64,000 bases of DNA, taken from contig OX597826.1 of assembly GCA_951406725.2 (NCBI GenBank), positions 68,076,001-68,140,000 of the forward strand. The letters run 5' to 3'. Positions within the stretch are counted from its first letter, which is position 1, and every line of letters starts with the position of its first letter. Both the position numbers and the translations under genes were made by a program. The notes beneath the pieces are model-generated. The model saw only the letters and a program-made list of their open reading frames with translations, did no database searches and was not told where the DNA came from. Below, piece by piece: positions 56,193-64,000 of this stretch. The stretch comes from Octopus vulgaris. Taxonomy: Eukaryota.

Positions 56193-56459
56193 GTATGTAT
56201 GTATACATATATATATATTGTTAAACGCATGCATATATACATTATATATTACACATATTAAGAGAAGGGGTGTAAAAACATACAATAAGACCTGTACGTA
56301 ACACACAGACACACGCATATACATACACCCACATGTAGATATCCATTATTTTCGTGTATGTATTCTTTATATAATTAGGCATACATATATACACATAAAT
56401 CCCTATTTATATGGGTATATTTGTGGATATATCTACACATAATAAGCGTATATATATGG

Positions 56460-56580
<121 letters not shown>

Positions 56581-56841
56581 TGTGTGTGTGTGTATTTCTG
56601 ATCGTTTGATTTATGTATGCGCGTGACTGCTTGCATTTGTGTGAGTCTGTGTCTCTGTATTTTTTGAAGAATGCAAAACATGCGGTAAAATTAACCTTTT
56701 TAAAACCAGTCTTAAACTTGGAATGATCCTTCAAAACATACAAAAAGAAACACAAAAACAGTGTGTTTGTTTTTATGTCTGAGTGCGTGTGTGTATATCG
56801 ATATCTATCTATCCATATATACATATATATATATATATATA

Positions 56842-56899
<58 letters not shown>

Positions 56900-57859
56900 T
56901 ATAGATAGATCAGATATACATAAAATATACATCAAATAGGCATCAAAATATATGTTGTATGAACCTATCCAAGCTAACGTCATAATTAGAATCTATTGTT
57001 TGATCTTCCGCCATTGATGTTACCCATCCAACTATCGATCACTCCATCTATTTAACCATTTAACCATCGATTTATTGACGTATCCATATTACATCCTTGG
57101 AGATTTTTCCTAATGCTGTAACCATTGTTGTTTAACCCAGAATAAGTCTCCCTCCATAAATCCTATGTTTAAATGATTTCTATCCTTGAATATGAATATT
57201 ACAAGTTTTTATTTATTTATTTATTTAATGGTAGCCTGTGTTGTTAAGGGAGATTTTGGTTCTATATTCGGAGAGAAAAGCCACCAAGTAGATTTTTTTC
57301 CCCCGTTGGTGCAACGACTGGCGTTTCCTTGGTTTTTAAGTTAGCGATTTACCCCGAAAAGGTTATCTTTAGCTTTTATCTTTTCCTTGCTTCAGCTATT
57401 CGAGTGGGGCCATGCTGGAGCAGTGCCTTGCGAAATTTTCACTAGATGAAACGATTTTGTTTTAAAATCGGTAATGATTATATTCCGCTTTTTTGTCTGG
57501 CCCCTATATTGCGGGGACGTTAATTCACCGACACCGGTTATCAAGCGGTGAGGTTGGATACAAAGACGGGCAAAAACACACGTACTCATTGATACACAAA
57601 CACAAACATACACACAGAACATGCCCACAGACAGACACAGACACGTACAGACAAACACATACGCCCACAAACACACACACGCACGCACACACACACTCAC
57701 AAGCAAACACACACACACACTCACAAGCAAACACACACACACACACATATATATATATAAACACATGCTTATATATATGTGAGTGTTTGCGTGTGTGTGA
57801 GAGTGTGTGCTGCGTGTGTGTGTGCATATATATATATAGAGAGAGAGAGAGAAAGAGAG

Positions 57860-57928
<69 letters not shown>

Positions 57929-57949
57929 CATCGACATTGTCTTCCAACT

Positions 57950-58068
57950 TTTTGGGGTCGATTAAATAAGTGCCAGTTACGCACTGGGGTCGATGCAAAC
58001 GACTCAATCCCTTTGTCTCTCCTTGATTGTCCCCTCTATGTTTAGCCCTCTGTGGGGTATAAAGAAAT
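57950..58068 (+). mobile_element. SINE family B 3' half
   Basis: It reads GGGGTCGATTAAATAAGTGCCAGTTACGCACTGGGGTCGAT…GCCCTCTGTGGGGTATAAAGAAATA. Confidence 0.75.
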
Positions 58069-58077
58069 ATATATATT

Positions 58078-58112
<35 letters not shown>

Positions 58113-58201
58113 TTATATATTGGGTTCAAACTTTTGCACAAGGCCAGCAATAACAGGGAAGATTGTAAGTCGATTACATGAATCACATACGCACGCACAC
58201 A

Positions 58202-58238
<37 letters not shown>

Positions 58239-58769
58239 ACACACACATGAATATTTTATGTTTCAAAACAGTTTAGCATTACGCTAAAGAATTACTGAAT
58301 AGTTTTAGCAGATTACATGTGTATTAAATTTTCACCAGAAGTTCTCGACTTTCTTCTTCAATGCGAGCTCGTGTGGGTGTGCACGCACTCATATCTATCG
58401 CAAGTGTAAGCATAACTAGTCATTATCGGAAAGCTTTGCAAAATTAAGTGCGCTTGTGACGTATGATCACGAATTATACGCCAACACGACATAGCTAAAT
58501 CATTCGCGGCTTTTTAGTCATGGCGTTACACATTTGTGTAATATACAGAGAGTCTTTCACAGGAATTGATAAAGTTGCTCCGCTAAACTTATGGCATGAT
58601 ATACATTGTTTAATAAAAGCATGTGTACTCCTGCTGTGAAATTGATTCTAAAGAAAATGCTTTTGACATCGCTTTAAAAAGAAATAAAGAAAAGTCAAAG
58701 AGATGATGAGATTTGCTGCTTTCAAATGATTCGAGATTTTCGTGTTTTATGATCACAGCAAAGCGGTGA

Positions 58770-59200
58770 GCTGGCAGGATTTTTAGCACGCCGGGTGAGG
58801 TGTTTCGGGGTTGCTGACAGGAACTTTAGCACGCCGGGTGTGGTGCTTTGCGGCAGCTCTTAGGATCATTAGCACGCCGGGTGAGATGCTTCGCGGTTGC
58901 TGACAGTATCTTTAGCACGCCGGGCGAGGTGCTTCGCGGTTGCTGGCAGGATCTTTAGCACGCCGGGAGAGGTGCTTCGCGGTTGCTGACAGTATCTTTA
59001 GCACGCCGGGCGAGGTGCTTCGCGGTTGCTGGCAGGATCTTTAGCACGCCGGGCGAGGTGCTTCGCGGTTGCTGACAGTATCTTTAGCACGCCGGGCGAG
59101 GTGCTTCGCGGTTGCTGGCAGGATCTTTAGCACCCCGGGCGAGGTGCCACGCGGCAGCTAGCAGGATCTTTAGCACGCCGGACGACGTGCATCGCGGCAT
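58770..59200 (+). repeat. 43-bp minisatellite (10 copies) derived from the SINE family B head
   Basis: TTAGCAC starts at 58783, 58826, 58869, 58912, 58955, 58998, 59041, 59084, 59127 and 59170. The SINE then continues to about 59370. Confidence 0.92.
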
Positions 59201-59861
59201 GTCGTCTATTTTCACTATTCAAGTACAAATTCCGCCCAGGTCGACTTACTTTGTATTCTTTTTTCATCCTTTCGAGGTCGATAAAATCAGTACCATTTGA
59301 ATGCTAGCTCGATGTAAACTTAACGCCTCCCAAACGAAATTGCTGGCCTTGTGGCAAAATTTGAAATTAACATTTTATGAACGACACAAGGCAGTGGGCT
59401 GGCAGAATCGTTGGTACGCTGGACGAAATGCTTAGCGATATTTCGCCAGTCGCTACGTTCTGAGTTCAAATTCCGCACGGTCGACTTTGCCTTTCATCCT
59501 TTCGGAGTTAATAAAACCAGGGAAATTCTGGGGTTGATGTAATCGACTAATTCCCTCTCCCAAAACTTCGGCCCTTGTGCCCATAACAGAAAAGAATCGT
59601 CAGCACACAGGCTTAGCGGCATTTCTTCCGTCTAAATGTCCTGAGTTCAAATTCTGCCGAGGTTCGTACCCGATCTACTTGGCAAATCATGTTGGTTTGT
59701 TTACGTTCCCGTTTATTAATATTTCCCCATAAGAGAGTGATAGATTAAATACCAGACTTAGGAATATGTACTGGAATCAGTTTGTCCCACTAAACACTTC
59801 AAGAGGGTGCTGTAGTATGGCCGTAGCCCTATGACTGAGTCAAATAAAAGATAATAAACAA

Positions 59862-60276
59862 AGGCGCAGGAGTGGCTGTGTGGTAAGTAGCTTGCTAACC
59901 AACCACATGGTTCTGGGTTCAGTCCCACTGCGTGGCATCTTGGACAAGTGTCTTCTGCAATAGCTCCGGGCCGACCAATGCCTTGTGAGTGGATTTGGTA
60001 GACGGAAACTGAAAGAAGCCTGTCGTATACATGTATATATATATACATATGTATGTGTGTGTATTTGTGTGTTTGTGTTTGTCCCCCTAGCATTACTTGA
60101 CAACCGATGCTGGTGTGTTTACGTCCCCGTCACTTAGCGGTTCGGCAAAAGAGACCGATAGAATAAGTACTGGGCTTACAAAGAATAAGTCCCGGGGTCT
60201 AGTTGCTCGACTAAAGGCGGTGCTCCAGCATGGCCGCAGTCGAATGACTGAAACAAGTTAAAGAGTAAAAGAGTAA
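59862..60276 (+). mobile_element. Full-length SINE family C
   Basis: It reads AGGCGCAGGAGTGGCTGTGTGGTAAGTAGC…GAAACAAGTTAAAGAGTAAAAGAGTAAAG. Confidence 0.92.
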
Positions 60277-60919
60277 AGGAGAAAAGACAAACAAAATCTA
60301 CTAATAGTCGTAATGTCATTCTACACTCTACGATGTGACGATGCGACGTATATTTCCCTCTAACTTATACTCCACACGCTCACCTATACTCCACTGACCG
60401 AGTGATACTCCTCGAACTCCCGCACCCCCCCTATCCCTACTCAACCATCTCCCTCATTAACCAATAACTAACCTATACTTCACTTTCTCGCCTTTAGTCC
60501 CTTACCACACCTGTACTCACTCTCAATTACCTCATCTAGACTCCAAATTCCTTACCTACACTCTACTCTTTTCTACTCTTTTCACTTACACTCCACTCTC
60601 TCACCTGTGCTCCACTCCATTCACCCTCCGCTCCATTTACCCAAATACACACCAATGAAATTTCTCTGTTCTTCTTACTCTCTCAAATATCATCCGCTGT
60701 TTCTCATGTCATCCAATCACTCGCTATACACATCAGAGTTAATTATATATCTACCTGTTAACAGTCGCATACAATATAAAACACTTTACCGCCATTTATC
60801 ACCACACTAAATTTATTTGCGAGTATGTTTGTCTCTTTCTTTCTCTCTTCTTTTCCTTCCTTCCTTCCCTCCTTCTTTCTTCCTTTCTTTCTTTTTTCTT
60901 TCCTTTCCTTTCTTTCTTT

Positions 60920-61000
60920 ATGTATGTATGTATGTATGTATGTATCTATCTATCTATCTATCTATCTACCTGCTTATCATCCAACATATCTATCTATTTT

Positions 61001-61064
<64 letters not shown>

Positions 61065-61124
61065 ACTATCTATCTATCAGTCTGTCTCTCTTCCTGTCTG
61101 TCTGTCTGTCTGTCTATCTATCTG

Positions 61125-61155
<31 letters not shown>

Positions 61156-61188
61156 CTCTATCTATCTATATCAGTGTATCTATCTGTC

Positions 61189-61286
<98 letters not shown>

Positions 61287-61535
61287 CCTGCTTATCTGCC
61301 TACATATTTATCTATCTATCTATCAATCTATCTATCTATCTATCTACCTATCTATCTATCTATTTATCTATCTATCTACCTATCAGTTCACCTGTTTATG
61401 CGTCTACATATATATCTATGCATTTATCTATCTATCATTTATCACCTATCATCTATCATCTACCTACCTACCTACCTACCTACCTACCTACCTACCTACC
61501 TACCTACCACCTACCTACCTACCTACCTATCTAGC
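60920..61535. repeat. (TATC)n/(TACC)n tetranucleotide tract
   Basis: Direct reading. Similar tracts lie at 10936-11240, 13337-13720 and 39613-39860. Confidence 0.95.
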
Positions 61536-62097
61536 TATCTCTCATTCTCTCTGTCCTCTCATTTTCCTCTCTCTCTTTCTCGCTCTTTCTCTATGTTTGC
61601 ATTATAAAGACAACCAACCAACCAACAGTCAAATAGTGAATGTTCTGCGAGGGTTATCGGTTCTCACACGCTGTGTGTTCTTTAATTTAGTTTCTGACAC
61701 CTCTTCTCTTTAGGTGGCACTATTGCTAGATTCTTGCCATAGTTGACAGTAAATAATCGCCTTCCTACCATGTGTAATAATTCCGCTTTATACTGAGCTA
61801 TAACAAAGAATATAAAACACACAATGATGTCTGAACTACTAAAAATGAAGAATTTGAGAGAGAGAAAGAAACATTATTGCAAGGAATGTGAACGGTACGA
61901 TATATCTAAAGTTATTTGATGCAATATCATTAATTGATAATAATAATTCTAACCTTGGTAAACTTTCTTAAATTTTGATCCCGTTATTACACGAGGATAT
62001 ATATTTTTTTTCTTCGGCAATGGAAAGATTAATGCAAATTATTTTTTTACTTAAATTTCGGATACGCGTGTGTACGCGCACGCAGGCTCGCACACGG

Positions 62098-62129
<32 letters not shown>

Positions 62130-62211
62130 AATTACATATCAATGTAGATATATGTACAAATATATGCATGAATATGCACGCATATATAATGTTTGTTCCT
62201 TCTCGAGCAAT

Positions 62212-62493
62212 GGCTGGCTCATTAGGGCCCGTTTCCCGGTTTTTTTGGCGTATAGGTTCCCTACCTGAACGGGACGCCGGTCCGTCGCAGGTGAGATGCA
62301 AAATGCAGGAGGAAAGGGAGAGAGAAAGCTGTGGCGAAAGAGTGAGCAGAAGTTCACCATTACCTTCTGCGGAAGACGTGTGGAGGTTAGGTATTTCGCT
62401 CATAAACACACACATTGCCCGGTCTGAGATTCGAAGCTGCAATCCCTCGACCGCGAGTCCGCTGCTCTAACCACTATGCCATGTGCCTCCACA
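62212..62493 (-). mobile_element. tRNA-headed SINE with V-domain-like segment
   Basis: It is homologous to 17520-17810. Confidence 0.82.
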
Positions 62494-62501
62494 TGTATCT
62501 A

Positions 62502-62669
<168 letters not shown>

Positions 62670-63034
62670 TGAAATTCAGGAGAACGGAGATTTTCCACAT
62701 CTATAAATTTATTATACATCTATTAACAACATTCTTCCTTGAGCCAACACCTGTTTCGGCTGCATCAACTGCACACTGTATGCATCATGGTGGGGGTTAA
62801 TTTTCGATGTAGCAACCTTCTCGTGACCTGTGTTAATATTATTACGGGAGTTATGCAGTACCGGTTGGGCACTCGGATTTGCCAGACGAAGATAATAACC
62901 GGAGTGTAGTGACTTAATTCTAACTCGATTCTCACCAATATTTGCTGTGGGGATCCGGCATTGAAAACCAATTTAAGAGGAAACATGGTAATTGCCAGGA
63001 TTTTAGATCCCTTTCAAACCATTTTTGGAAGCAC

Positions 63035-63102
<68 letters not shown>

Positions 63103-63336
63103 GCATGCACAGACGGACAGACATACTGAAAAACAAATAGATAAATATTGTGGGAAACAATTTTATTTTTTCTTTAATCTGGAATTCAAAATGCAAAATT
63201 TTTAGCATACTTTTATTTTTCATAATGAAGTATTTTTCATATTTTTCATATTTTTCCTATTTTCCCTGCACTTTAAAGATTTAGATACCACCATATTCTG
63301 GCTAAAGATTGCGTGCCGAATATATGTCCAAACACT

Positions 63337-63441
63337 GTTTGTTGTTAACACAACGTTTCGGCTGATATATCCTCCAGCATTCATCAGCTGACTTGAGGAA
63401 ATTTCGAGCCTGGGTTTTCATTTCCAAGGTATTTTTTGTGG

Positions 63442-63472
<31 letters not shown>

Positions 63473-63560
63473 CATTCAGGTCACTGCCTGGAATCGAACT
63501 CGGAATCTTGGGGTTAGTATCCAACGCTCTTAACCACTACGCCATATGACTTGAATAATG

Positions 63561-63605
<45 letters not shown>

Positions 63606-63803
63606 TCGAAAAATACCTTAAGAATGTGAACGAACGTTCGAAATTTCCCCAAGACACCCGATGAATGCTGGAGTGTATATCAGCCGAAACATTGTGTTAA
63701 CTAAAAGACAAAAAAAAAGAGGAGGACAAATATCCGTCATATTTAAATAATGTATATAATCTATATAATGTACATAATTCCTCAGCTCTTAAATATAGAA
63801 CTG
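63337..63803. mobile_element. tRNA-headed, hammerhead-bearing element in head-to-head inverted arrangement
   Basis: The minus copy (63551 to 63337) has a tRNA-like head (A box TGGCGTAGTGG, B box GAGTTCGATTCC), (TAA)n, a linker and CTGATGA…GAAACGTTGTGTT. The plus copy (63547 to 63803) has (TAA)n, the linker, GACAC-CCGATGA-ATGCTG…CAGCC-GAAAC-ATT-GTGTT and a tail. Confidence 0.8.
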
Positions 63804-64000
63804 GGAAATTGCGTATTTATATGTAGCTGACACTTTACAGTAAAGAGGGCCAAAAATCGTTGTAGACACAACCATTGAAATTTGAACGTATGACCGATAG
63901 ATTTATTCATAAAGCAACCGATGCTTATGTTTGCTTGTAACTCTTGTGTTTCGTTTTGGATAACGTTTCCAGTTCTATCACTAATTGTTCATTCTTGTGG

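Noticed and set aside
58770-59200. CRISPR-like regular array
   Set aside because: There are no unique spacers, the units are contiguous SINE-derived repeats, the context is eukaryotic and no cas genes are present.

Overview
This is AT-rich, repeat-saturated animal genomic DNA. The SINE families and microsatellite load look like Octopus (coleoid cephalopod), which is an inference from memory, not a search. I see no credible host protein-coding exon: almost all ORFs in the track are microsatellite read-throughs or SINE translations. The window is a graveyard of mobile DNA. It holds several tRNA-headed SINE families, a near-full-length degenerate mariner, a non-autonomous Helitron, a decayed Ty3/Gypsy gag-pol, and fragments of R4/Dong, CR1, Tx1/L1 and probable RTE and I/Jockey LINEs. 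The most striking unannotated signal is a dense set of minimal type I hammerhead-ribozyme motifs, roughly ten from several unrelated repeat families. They have palindromic stem III and mostly sit in (TA)n-flanked, often inverted-duplicated, Penelope-like repeats. One inversion breakpoint coincides with the predicted ribozyme cleavage site (15746/15747). One family couples a tRNA-like Pol III head to the hammerhead (63337-63803). A Meta-domain-like SINE appears to share its 3' tail with a Tx1-like LINE and to prefer GGTA targets. Coordinates were read by eye and are approximate at degenerate ends.
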